A stretch of DNA of 64,000 nt from Podarcis muralis (Eukaryota): contig NC_135661.1 in the NCBI RefSeq assembly GCF_964188315.1, positions 87,358,001 to 87,422,000 of the forward strand, given 5' to 3'. How positions within the stretch are numbered: position 1 is the first letter of the stretch; every line of letters starts with the position of its first letter. Under the pieces are notes generated by a model that was not told the DNA's origin, did not search any database, and was given only the letters and a program-made list of their open reading frames with translations. Positions 13,401-28,061 of this stretch are shown here, piece after piece. Position numbers and translations under genes: made by a program.

Positions 13401-16400
13401 AAAGCTAGAGGGAACCAGGCAGAGGGCCTTCTTGGTAGTGGCGCCCACCCTGTGGAACACCCTCCCATCAAATGTCAAAGAGATAAACAACTACCTGGCA
13501 TTCAGAAGACATCTGAAGGCAGCCCTGTTCAGGGAAGTTTTTAATGTGTGACATCTTAGTGTATTTTTGGTCTTTGTGGAAGCCGCCCAGAGTGGCTGGG
13601 GAAACCCAGCCAGATGGGTGGGGTACAAATAATAAATTATTATTATTATTTGACAGTGGAACGGTCTCCCTCCAACCCTACCATTCTAGGAAGAAAGCAA
13701 ACATGAAAGGCACCCACCCCAGCTCCCCATATCCCTCCCCTTTCCCACCAGGAAGGATACGGTATCAACACAGGGAAGCCTTGGCTAAGGTGATGAAGGA
13801 TCCTTTGGTAGTTTTCTCCCCCCAGGCCTCCAGAGAGCAGCTCCGCCTGGCAGGGGAACACCTCCTCTGCTAGCTTGGACATGTTGGCAGCTGGAGCAAG
13901 CAGACCAAGAGGGCAAGGGAGGAGTTGGTGGGGCTGGGGTGCTTCCAGAGCAGCATCTAGAAAGGCCCCACCACCACCACCCGGCCACTCAGTCTCTGCC
14001 AGGCTCATGCAGGGAGATGACACGGATCACAAGCCAAAATTTGGGCAGCGGTGTCTGCCGCCCCCCTTCTTGGCGACCCACCTGAGAACATTTCCCCCTG
14101 GGCTGTGTAGCCTCTCTCCAAAGCCACCTGAACAATTGTCTCCAGGGAAACAGCCTTGGGGGGAGAGAGCAGCGCCCCAGCCATCCACAAGGCCACCAGG
14201 CCACACCTGGAGGAGGAGGAGGAGGGAGGAGGAGGAAGAAAAGCAGAGAGGTTGGAGCGCTGTACTAAAATCTGAGCCCTACTTTTTTTTTTAAAAAAAA
14301 AAGCCTTTTGATATACGATATACGATATCTTTATTGTCATTGTCCCATGCAGAACAATGAAATTGCAATCTGAGAAATGTATACATGCTGAAACTACTAC
14401 TTAAGAACATATCCATTGTTTTGTCTCATCTTCTAGTATATATGGGATATATGGTGTATTTGGTTGGCACTGTAATATTGCTTCTGTATTGGGGATTCCC
14501 CATCCTCCTTCTGAGGTGGGGAGGTGCAGGTATTTGGGGCTTATTCTTGGGTTTTTTTGTATGAGAAGATAAAGGAGTGTAGTTTTCGCTGCCATCTGCG
14601 GATTTGGGTTTGGGGAATCCAGACTGGGAGGGTTTGGAATAGGTAGGTTAGTTTGGGGAGGGTGATCATTTTGATCATGGCTATTTTGCCTGAGAGGGTG
14701 AAATTCATGTTGTCCCATCTTTTTAGGTCTTTGTTTATTTGTCGCCACAGGGGCTTGTAGTTGTGGAGGTATAACTTATTGAGGTTTCTGGTTACAGTGG
14801 TACCTTGGGTTAAGAACTTAATTCGTTCCGTAGGTCCGTTCTTAACCTGAAACTGTTCTTAACCTGAAGCACCACTTTAGCTAATGGGGCCTCCTGCTGC
14901 TGCCGCGCTGCCGGAGCACGATTTCTGTTCTTATCTTGAAGCGAAGTTCTTAATCCGAGGTGCTATTTCTGGGTTAGCGGAATCTGTAACCTGAAGCGTC
15001 TGTAACCTGAAGCGTCTGTAACCCGAGGTACCACTGTATTTGAACCCCTAGGTATCTGAACTTGGTGTGGCAAAGTTTTATCTTGGTGACATTAGTGAAT
15101 CCTTTTTTGGTGTGAGGAGGCGTGTTGAAGCACATAGCTTCTGACTTTGCAAAATGGTCTGACACCATTGTACTTAAGAACATATGAAGAGGCTACTGGA
15201 TCAGACCAAGGGGGCTCCATCTAGTCCAGCAACCTCTTCTCACATTGGTCAGCCACATGCCCCTTGTGGGGAGGCCACAAGCAGGAGCTCAACACAAGAG
15301 CAGCCCCCTCTCCTCCTGCAATTTCCAGCAACTAGTATTCAGAAGAGCTGCTGCCTCAGACAGTGGAGGGCAGAGCAGAGCCAATCTGGCTAGGAGCCAT
15401 CGATAGCCATGAATTTCTCCAATTCTCTTTTAAAGCCATCCAAGTTGGGGGCCCTCCTGTGGGAGGCAGTTCCAAAGTTTAACTGTGTGTTGCATGAAGA
15501 AATACTTTCTTTTACCTGACCTGAATCTTCCAATGCTCAACTTCATCGGATGCCCACGAATTCCAGGGTGATGAGAGAGGCAGAAAAACCATTTCTCTAT
15601 CCACTTTCTCTGCATGCCTGCATTTCATAAACTTCTCTCGTGTTGCCTCCTGCTGGACTTTTCCCTAAACTGAAAAGTTTATTGCACTTGCTTCTTGTTT
15701 TCCTAGCCCTGCCCGTGAAGGTGAGAAGGGGAAGAAGCAAAGCAGTGCCAGAACACCCCATCCTCTTGGTATCTGTGACCCTCAGGGTCCCTTAAAGGTA
15801 CAGGGACCCCCTGACCATTAGGTCCAGTCGTGGATGACTCTGGGGTTGCGGCGCTCATCTTGCTTTATTGGCCGATGGAGCCGGCGTACAGCTTCCGGGT
15901 CATGTGGCCAGCATGACTAAGCCGCTTCTGGCGAACCAGAGCAGCGCACGGAAATGCCGTTTACCTTCCTGCCGGAGTGGTACCTACTTGCACTTTGACG
16001 TGCTTTCGAACTGCTGGGTTGGCAGGAGCAGGGACCGAACAACGGGAGCTCACCCCGTCGCAGGGATTCAAACCGCCAACCTTCTGATCAGCAAGTCCTG
16101 GGTTCTGTGGTTTAACCCACAGGGTCCCTTACAACTCTATAATTCTACAATTCTAAGAACTGGCTCAGTTAGCACTGCCCCCTAGCTGGACCAGGCAAGG
16201 ACTTGGACGCTTGTACTAGTTTTTGACCCTCTTGTGCGGCCACTCAGAATGTGTAAACTTAACTGCCTCGAAAATTTGAAAAGACAGGCGCCGGCGTAGT
16301 TTGAATATTGGTCCTCAGATAGCCTTGGGGTCTGGCGGGCTTCTGGGCTAGACATCTTGGGAAACCCAATTTTGTACCTGTATTTGGTTGCTAGGGTCAT

Positions 16401-19400
16401 CTGGCCCTAGCCTTGTGTTTAGATCACCCACCAGCAGGACCTTTGCCCTCGGGGCTTGGACGCTGGCTTTCACACAAAGAAAACTCTACTTTCGGTGCAG
16501 CGATGAAATATACACAACCCTGAAACATCCCATCTAAAATCAGAGGGCTGGGACCCAGGTTCAAGCCCCTTCTCCAGTCTGAGAAGCTACAGAGCTCTCT
16601 TAATTCACAGGGCTATTATGGGGATAAAACACTGTTTTGTGCTCCTCGGAGGAGGGGTAAACTATTAACAGAATTCTGGAGTGCATGAAAAGGTTTGGAG
16701 TGGTTGTGTAGCATAGTTCAAACTCCCACCTCCTCAGCAGGTTGCTACTTCACAGTTTCCTTTTGCAGTAAAGAATAAATCCCATACTCACTGGGGGCCT
16801 TCTTGGATTAAGGAAGACACGGGGCGGTTGAAAAGGAGCCACTTCAAATGCATGCTGAAGCTGGAAGAGAGATAGAGAAATAGAAATAGAAAGAGTCCCT
16901 TAAGAGCCACTTAGGGGGCCGGTCCAACATTAGCAGCACTTTCGCCCCCTGCATAATTAACAAGGCTCTCCTCCCCAAACACTTAATAGGAGCAATCTAG
17001 GGAAGCTGCCTCTTGGGGGTGGGGGGTGCTCTGTGGCTTACAGGAAATGGAAATGGCAGCAATGCGAAATTGGAGCCCTAATGAGACAAAATGGACCACG
17101 TTAAAAGGCAAGCATCCTCTTTCCAAGCAGAGAGAACTTTTTGGAAGTAGAACATTTCGGCGGCACGTTGCAAATGAAACCATCACGGACGCAAGCCCCT
17201 AATCAAGCATCAAGAGAAATTGACTGGGGAAATGGCGCAAGGTGCACCCCCCCCCCCCCCCGGAATGTTCTCAGCAGTATTTGCAGTGACACAGAGCTTC
17301 TCTTTTCTCCAAGCTGCTCACACCAAATATAGATGCTGCAGGTTCAGGCTGATGGTTGCGAAGCCAATCTGCCGTTTTTAAAGCAAAAAAACACAGGTAG
17401 TGGAAGAGAATGCCATGAACACGACACAGCCCCAACTGCCCCTCTTAGCAATGAAGCTTGTAGACATCGTAGACATCACAGCATCTCAATAGTGCCAGGG
17501 TTATTAAGTCTACTGGCAATCTTTGCCAACTGGATTCAGTATGAAGAATCTTGACTAAAGTCTACGAAATTCTACAATTCCATGATTCTAGAAATCACAC
17601 AATCCTAAGCCTTTAAGAAAGCATATGGTGCAGTTTACACTTCTGTATTTTAAATGAAACCTAGGAATGTAGGCAGACTGCCTCTGGACCCAGATGAACA
17701 GGCATCCCCAAACTCGGCCCTCCAGATGTTTTGGGACTGCAATTCCCATCATCCCTGACCACTGGTCCTGTTAGCTAGGGATGACGGGAGTTGTAGTCCC
17801 AGAACATCTGGAGGGCTGAGTTTGGGGGGTGCCTGCATATGGACATAAGAAGAGCCTGGCTGCTGGATCAGGCCAGCATTCTGTTCTCACAGTGGCCAAC
17901 CAGGTGACTCTTTGGGGAAGCCCCCAAGCAGGGCCTGAGCACCAGCACAACTCTCCCCTCCTACAGTATTGGAAGCATTGCTGCCTCCAAGGAGCCATCT
18001 GCAGACAGCCCTCTCCTCCTCCATGCATGTGTCTCATCTCACGTGAAACCACTGCCACCCAAGACATTTTCACAAGGACTATGGCATGGGCAGCAAGTCT
18101 CTGATGATGGTGATAACGATAATAATAATAGTTATACCTCGGGTTACAGACGCTTCAGGTTGCGTTTTTTTGGGTTACGGGCCACCGAAACCTGGAAGTA
18201 CCGGAACAGGTTACTTCCGGGTTTCGGCAGCCGCGCATGCACAGAAGCGCTATATTGCGCTCTGTGATGCACAGAAGCGCAACACAACTTTTGTGGCGAC
18301 CACACAGGGCCCCGGACGTTTGACAGTCTATTGACCCTGTGCCACCACTGTAATTGCTTTCTTCGCTGCCACCAACCCGTTTCTCACGGGTACACACGGA
18401 GTCCAGTCAGTTGTTAACATTAACAAATAATCAAGTTTATTTTTATAGGCATGAACAAGCTTATGGTTACAGTTAATTTTTCTTGCCTGTTTCTTAATCT
18501 TAGTCCCTTAACCGTCCTATTCGTTCCTAACAACTTCAAACTGATTATCCCAACTATCTATCTGACTCCACCTAACAATTCCTCTCACAACACAACTCGG
18601 CCAACCCATAGACTATTCCTCCCTTCTCCTTCTTCAACCGAATCGCAACCCGCGTGTGCGCAGATGCGGGTTGCGAATGTGCATGCCGCACGGATCATGT
18701 TCGAAAGCTGAGCGTCCACTGTACCCCACTACTCTGACTGTGTGGCAGCTGCCCCTCTCCTTCCTCCGAGACAAGGAGGGAGAACAGCACTCTAGGCAGC
18801 ACCGCAGAGACCTGAAAAGCGCCCCTCCTGACCCCCACTGAGAGTCAGGGACCCCCCACCCACGACCCCCCACAACTGTACCCCACTCCTCTGACTGTGT
18901 GGCAGCTGCCCCTCTCCTTCCTCCGAGACAAGGGGAGAGAGCAGCACTCTGGGGCCCCTCCTGACCCCCACTGAGGGGCAGGGACCCCCCACCCACGACC
19001 CCCCACAACTGTACCCCACTCCTCTGACTGTGTGGCAGCTGCCCCTCTCCTTCCTCCGAGACAAGGGGAGAGAGCAGCACTCTAGGCAGCACCGCAGAGA
19101 CCTGAAAAGCGCCCCTCCTGACCCCCACTGAGAGTCAGGGACCCCCCACCCACGACCCACAACTGTACCCCACTCCTCTGACTGTGTGGCAGCTGCCCCT
19201 CTCCTTCCTCCGAGACAAGGGGAGAGAGCAGCACTCTGGGGCCCCTCCTGACCCCCACTGAGGGGCAGGGACCCCCCACCCACGACCCCCCACAACTGTA
19301 CCCCACTCCTCTGACTGTGTGGCAGCTGCCCCTCTCCTTCTTCCGAGACAAGGGGAGAGAGCAGCACTCTGGCGCCCCTCCTGACCCCCACTGAGGGGCA

Positions 19401-20583
19401 GGGACCCCCCACCCACGACCCCCCACAACTGTACCCCACTCCTCTGACTGTGTGGCAGCTGCCCCTCTCCTTCCTCCGAGACAAGGGGAGAGAGCAGCAC
19501 TCTAGGCAGCACCGCAGAGACCTGAAAAGCGCCCCTCCTGACCCCCACTGAGAGTCAGGGACCCCCCACCCACGACCCCCCACAACTGTACCCCACTCCT
19601 CTGACTGTGTGGCAGCTACCCCTCTCCTTCCTCCGAGACAAGGGGAGAGAGCAGCACTCTGGCGCCCCTCCTGACCCCCACTGAGGGGCAGGGACCCCCC
19701 ACCCACGACCCCCCACAACTGTACCCCACTCCTCTGACTGTGTGGCAGCTACCCCTCTCCTTCCTCCGAGACAAGGGGAGAGAGCAGCACTCTGGCGCCC
19801 CTCCTGACCCCCACTGAGGGGCAGGGACCCCCCACCCACGACCCCCCACAACTGTACCCCACTCCTCTGACTGTGTGGCAGCTGCCCCTCTCCTTCCTCC
19901 GAGACAAGGGGAGAGAGCAGCACTCTGGCGCCCCTCCTGACCCCCACTGAGGGGCAGGGACCCCCCACCCACCCATGACCCCCCACAACTGTACCCCACT
20001 CCTCTGACTGTGTGGCAGCTGCCCCTCTCCTTCCTCTGAGACAAGGGGAGAGAGCAGCACTCTGGCGCCCCTCCTGACCCCCACTGAGGGGCAGGGACCC
20101 CCCCACCCACGACCCCCCACAACTGTACCCCACTCCTCTGACTGTGTGGCAGCTGCCCCTCTCCTTCCTCCGAGACAAGGGGAGAGAGCAGCACTCTGGC
20201 GCCCCTCCTGACCCCCACTGAGGGGCAGGGACCCCCCACCCACCCATGACCCCCCACAACTGTACCCCACTCCTCTGACTGTGTGGCAGCTGCCCCTCTC
20301 CTTCCTCTGAGACAAGGGGAGAGAGCAGCACTCTGGCGCCCCTCCTGACCCCCACTGAGGGGCAGGGACCCCCCACCCACCCACGACCCCCCACAGGCGC
20401 TCCCCACCTGGCCCTCCGGCGCCTCAGGAGCTCCCGAACGCCGTCCTGGTCCCCAGGGTCCACTTGCTCCAGCGCGGCCTTGAGGAGCTGAGCCCCACAT
20501 AGCCTGGGGGGAGGCGGAGGGGGAGGAGGGGGTGGGGGAGGGGGCAAGGGTGCTGCTGCAGCCCCCTGGGGTGCTCTGGACAT
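10496..20583 (-). CDS. ACTMAP: Actin maturation protease (C19orf54), 6 coding exons: 20583-20408, 16860-16792, 14206-14082, 13890-13761, 11966-11896, 10839-10496 (915 nt, 304 aa)
   Basis: Exon lengths 176+69+125+130+71+344 splice in frame. The protein has an N-terminal 13-Pro run, LIQEGPQCGLVALWMAG (catalytic Cys motif), GYTAQGEMFS, YDEDSNHEPC, KAHWA and YLLSKQGKS..YQLW, all matching recalled C19orf54. It lies head-to-head with SNRPA, as in human. Confidence 0.95.
11040..11590 (+). mobile_element. L1-like 3' end
   Basis: Decayed EWQIKLMDYAKMAKMT-type terminus with an A-rich 3' region. Confidence 0.55.
12151..12405. mobile_element. Short hAT-like MITE
   Basis: CAGGGATCAGCAAACT...AGTTTACCTACCCATG ends resemble CAGGG-type hAT MITE termini. 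Confidence 0.5.
12812..13651 (+). mobile_element. L2-clade LINE, 3' part, inserted into a CR1 3' end (CR1 at 12410-12811, resuming at 13652)
   Basis: RT C-terminal remnant SRFNYCNVLYVGLP..LQLIQNAAARL and a (TTA)n tail. CR1 sequence GAGCTGTTT|GACAGTGGAACGG rejoins across the insertion. Confidence 0.85.
14330..14790 (-). mobile_element. L1 ORF2 fragment
   Basis: ORF 14401..14748 contains KYLHLPTSEGGWGIPN, matching the L1 ORF2 GGL.LPN motif. Confidence 0.65.
14795..15036. mobile_element. Tc1/mariner MITE (same family)
   Basis: CAGTGGTACC TIRs and TA flanks. Confidence 0.88.
15793..16125 (-). mobile_element. Sauria SINE (5'-shortened)
   Basis: Same body and tail as the other copies. Confidence 0.85.
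18724..20394. repeat. Minisatellite of about 12 units (133-137 bp and 154-157 bp types) in ACTMAP intron 1
   Basis: Recurrent CTGTA anchors end at 18723, 18880, 19013, 19167, 19300, 19433, 19590, 19723, 19856, 19993, 20127 and 20264. Confidence 0.97.
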
Positions 20584-20649
20584 GCTTCTGCTTAGCAGGG
20601 GAATGGGAGGCCTTTTGCATCGGGAGGGTCCATGGGTGAAAGAGGGGTC

Positions 20650-21400
20650 ACAGGTCAAGGCAGGTCAAAGGTCACGCCGGTCTGGCTTGGGGCAACGCGA
20701 GGGTCGCTTTCCGTGACGCCAATTCTCACCGCCGACTCTTCCCTCGCCCGGCTTGCCGTGCTATTACGTCATCAACAGGCGACAACGCAGCCACCGCCTC
20801 TCCGCCCCTCAAATGACCGCTTTTTTCTTCAACAAATCAGTGAGCAAAGACTCCGGGACCGGGGTGACTGGCAGGCCGTGTGGCCCTATCGGCGGACGCG
20901 GACGGAGCGCCCAATCAGAACCTTCTGTTTGGAAAGGGGCGGGGGCAGAAGCCAGAACGCCGCGTCGTTAGGGGGCGGGGAAGAGGGAAGAAGACGGAGC
21001 CCCCAGGCAACCTCTGATTGGGCAGCCGGGCGCCCAAGAGAAGAAACGCCGTTACGCGGCTTGCTGATTGGGGAGTCCGAACTGGGGGGCGTGGCTTGGT
21101 TCCGCGCGCCGGGAAGGACGAGGCGTCTTTCTTTCTCCTCGTCGGTTTCCGCCTGCGCTGGGCCTGCGTCGAATCGGTGAGGCATCGGGCAACGGGGGGG
21201 CCATCGGGGCGGGAGGCGACGCGGAGTCGCGAATGGCGGGCCGGGCCTTCCTGGCGGCAGCGCGGTTTTTATCCCGCGGTCCATTTTTCGATGCCGGCAG
21301 CGGGCGGAGGCGCCGCAACATCCGGGCATTTCCCCTACTTCTCGGCACTGGACATCCGGGCACTCGCCGTTGCTCCGCTTGCCTTAACATCCGGGGCTTT
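20650..21400. promoter_or_regulatory. CpG-island bidirectional promoter of ACTMAP and SNRPA; probable SNRPA non-coding exon ending at 21176 and splicing to the acceptor at 22835
   Basis: CpG-dense. CCAAT at 20911, ATTGG at 21017 and 21067, CRE-like TTACGTCA near 20764, GC boxes. Candidate donor G|GTGAGG at 21176/21177; polypyrimidine-CAG acceptor at 22831-22834, upstream of the SNRPA ATG. Confidence 0.75.
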
Positions 21401-21652
21401 CGGCTTGTGCCCAATCCAGCAGCCAGGCTCTTCTTGGGTCAATGTGGAACCTCCAGGTCCAGCGGCAGTCTATCAGGATTGCCAAGTTCTTTGGAGCATT
21501 GGGCCCCTGGGAGAAGTGGAGGCTGGGCTACAAAATCATCATCACCATTTTATTTGTATGCCGCCTTTCCACAGTTAAAACAATAGTCAAGGCGGCTTAC
21601 AATAGGAAAAGATTTACAGAATTACAAATAGAGCAAAATAGTCATACAAAAT

Positions 21653-22009
21653 TTTGAATTCTGGTGCTGGAGGAGACTCTTGAGAGTCCCATGGACTGCA
21701 AGAAGATCCAACCTCTCCATTCTGAAGGAAATCAGCCCTGGGTGCTCACTGGAAGGACAGATCTTGAAGCTGAGGCTCCAAGACTTTGGCCACCTCATGA
21801 GAAGAGAAGACTCCTTGGAAAAGACCCTGATGCTGGGAAATGGAGGGCACAAGGAGAAGGGGACGACAGAGGAGGAGATGGCTGGACAGTGTTCTGGAAG
21901 CTACCAGCATGAGTTTGACCAAACTGCGGGAGGCAGTGGAAGACAGGAGTGCCTGGCGTGCTCTGGTCCAGGGGGTCACAAAGAGTCGGACACCACTAAA
22001 CGACAACGA
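21653..22009 (+). mobile_element. RTE-BovB LINE, 3' fragment
   Basis: Encodes decayed ..LEGQILKLRLQDFGHLMRREDSLEKTLMLG / EGTRRRGRQRRRWLDSVLEAT..WRALVQGVTKSR, the typical BovB 3' end. Confidence 0.88.
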
Positions 22010-22405
22010 TAAAAGTCATAAAAATAAAATACATTAAAAGCTACATAACCAAACTGAACAATTTCCACATTAAAATAAAGACACAAAAAGTTAATACCAG
22101 TAACAATGGCAAAAATCTCCAACGAAACTTCTCCCACAATACCCCAATCCTTGCTGGACAGCAGCCACAGAAGCAGTCTTTATGAGGCCTGTCATGCCCC
22201 GCCCTGGGCCAGGTGGAGAGAGGCAGGAACAGGGCCCTCTGGCACTCAGCAGGGGAGTCCTCCCTGGCCAGCATGCCCCCCCCCCGGCCTGATCCACCAG
22301 GATGTTCTTAGGCCCTTGTCTCCCTCTTTTCTGTGTTTTGGAGCCACGCAGTGAACAGTGTTGGAGGGAAAAGGGCCAAATTTCCCTATAACTGCTGCCT
22401 CATCT

Positions 22406-22644
22406 GGGAGCCAGTGTGGCGTAGTGGTTAAGAGTGGTGCACTCGTAATCTGGTGAACCAGGTTCGCATCTCTGCTCCTCCACATGCAGCTGCTGGGTGA
22501 CCTTGGGCTAGTCACAGTCTCTCAGCCCCACTCACCTCACAGAGTGTTTGTTGTGGGGGTGGAAGGAAAAGGAGATTGTTAGCTGCTTTGAGGCTCCTCC
22601 TGGTAGTGATAAAGTGGGATATCAAATCCAAACTCCTCTTCTTC
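22406..22644 (+). mobile_element. tRNA-derived SINE of a second family
   Basis: A/B-box-like head GCCAGTGTGGCGTAGTGGTTAAGAG...GGTTCG and a CTCTTCTTC tail; second copy at 58857-59096. Confidence 0.75.
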
Positions 22645-22863
22645 ATCTGGACTAGAAAGCTGTTTTGCCTTGCTCAGGACGGTCTGCATTAATGCTTTCT
22701 GAAAAAGAGTTCCAGCTTTTGGGGGTGGGGGCAGACTTTGCAGCAGCTGTGTCTACTTTAGCATAAGTGTCTCTATTGTTCAGAAATGTGTCCCATTTCT
22801 TCCTGTTCTGACAAGTTTTGTTTTGCCCCTCCAGAGTCTGCTGTTGACAGTGTGGTCGTCGTG

Positions 22864-27712
<4,849 letters not shown>

Positions 27713-27995
27713 TGCCTCCGCTGTCCCTGGGCAACTCTCTCCCTGCCCTTTCTAGTTAGTGCCTGTGAAATGGTTGGGGGGGGGCTGTTGTTCTGTTCTG
27801 TTCTGCGAGGTAAGTGGTGTGTGTGCGTGAGAGTGAGAGTGAGAGGGAGCCCAGCAGCACAAAAGGACACCCAGATCTTGCTGTTCCTGAGCCAAGAGAC
27901 CCAGACAAGCTGCCCCCTGGCTACTCTTGGGGACTTGGAAGTGTGTGTGTGTGTGTACGTACACAGGCAGCTGGGGATAGTAGCCGACTCCTTGC

Positions 27996-28046
27996 AAAAG
28001 CATTGTACCCAGGGTCTGACGGCCAGACATTGCACCTGGAGCTTTT
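27996..28046 (+). promoter_or_regulatory. U1A polyadenylation inhibition element (PIE) in the SNRPA 3' UTR
   Basis: AAAAGC ATTGTAC CCAG G GTCTG ACGGC CAGAC ATTGCAC CTGG A GCTTTT. Two U1A boxes (28002-28008, 28029-28035) sit in asymmetric internal loops closed by AAAAGC/GCTTTT, CCAG/CTGG and GTCTG/CAGAC. Confidence 0.93.
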
Positions 28047-28055
28047 CTGTTTTGC

Positions 28056-28061
28056 AATAAA
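28056..28061 (+). terminator. SNRPA polyadenylation signal AATAAA
   Basis: Canonical hexamer starting 10 nt after the end of the PIE stem, followed by T-rich sequence. Confidence 0.85.

Larger units (their letters stand above)
11967..13760 (-). other. U12-type (minor spliceosome) GT-AG intron 4 of ACTMAP
   Basis: Donor GTATCCTTCC at 13760-13751; branch point CCTTAAC at 11984-11978, about 10 nt before the CAG acceptor; no polypyrimidine tract. Confidence 0.9.

Noticed and set aside
18724-20394. CRISPR-like repeat array
   Set aside because: Eukaryotic DNA; units are contiguous 133-157-bp repeats with no unique spacers and no cas genes.
18634-20658. Long minus-strand ORFs (308, 334 and 367 aa) with repetitive peptides
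   Set aside because: They are translations of the minisatellite. Only 20583-20408 is real coding sequence, ending at a GT donor.
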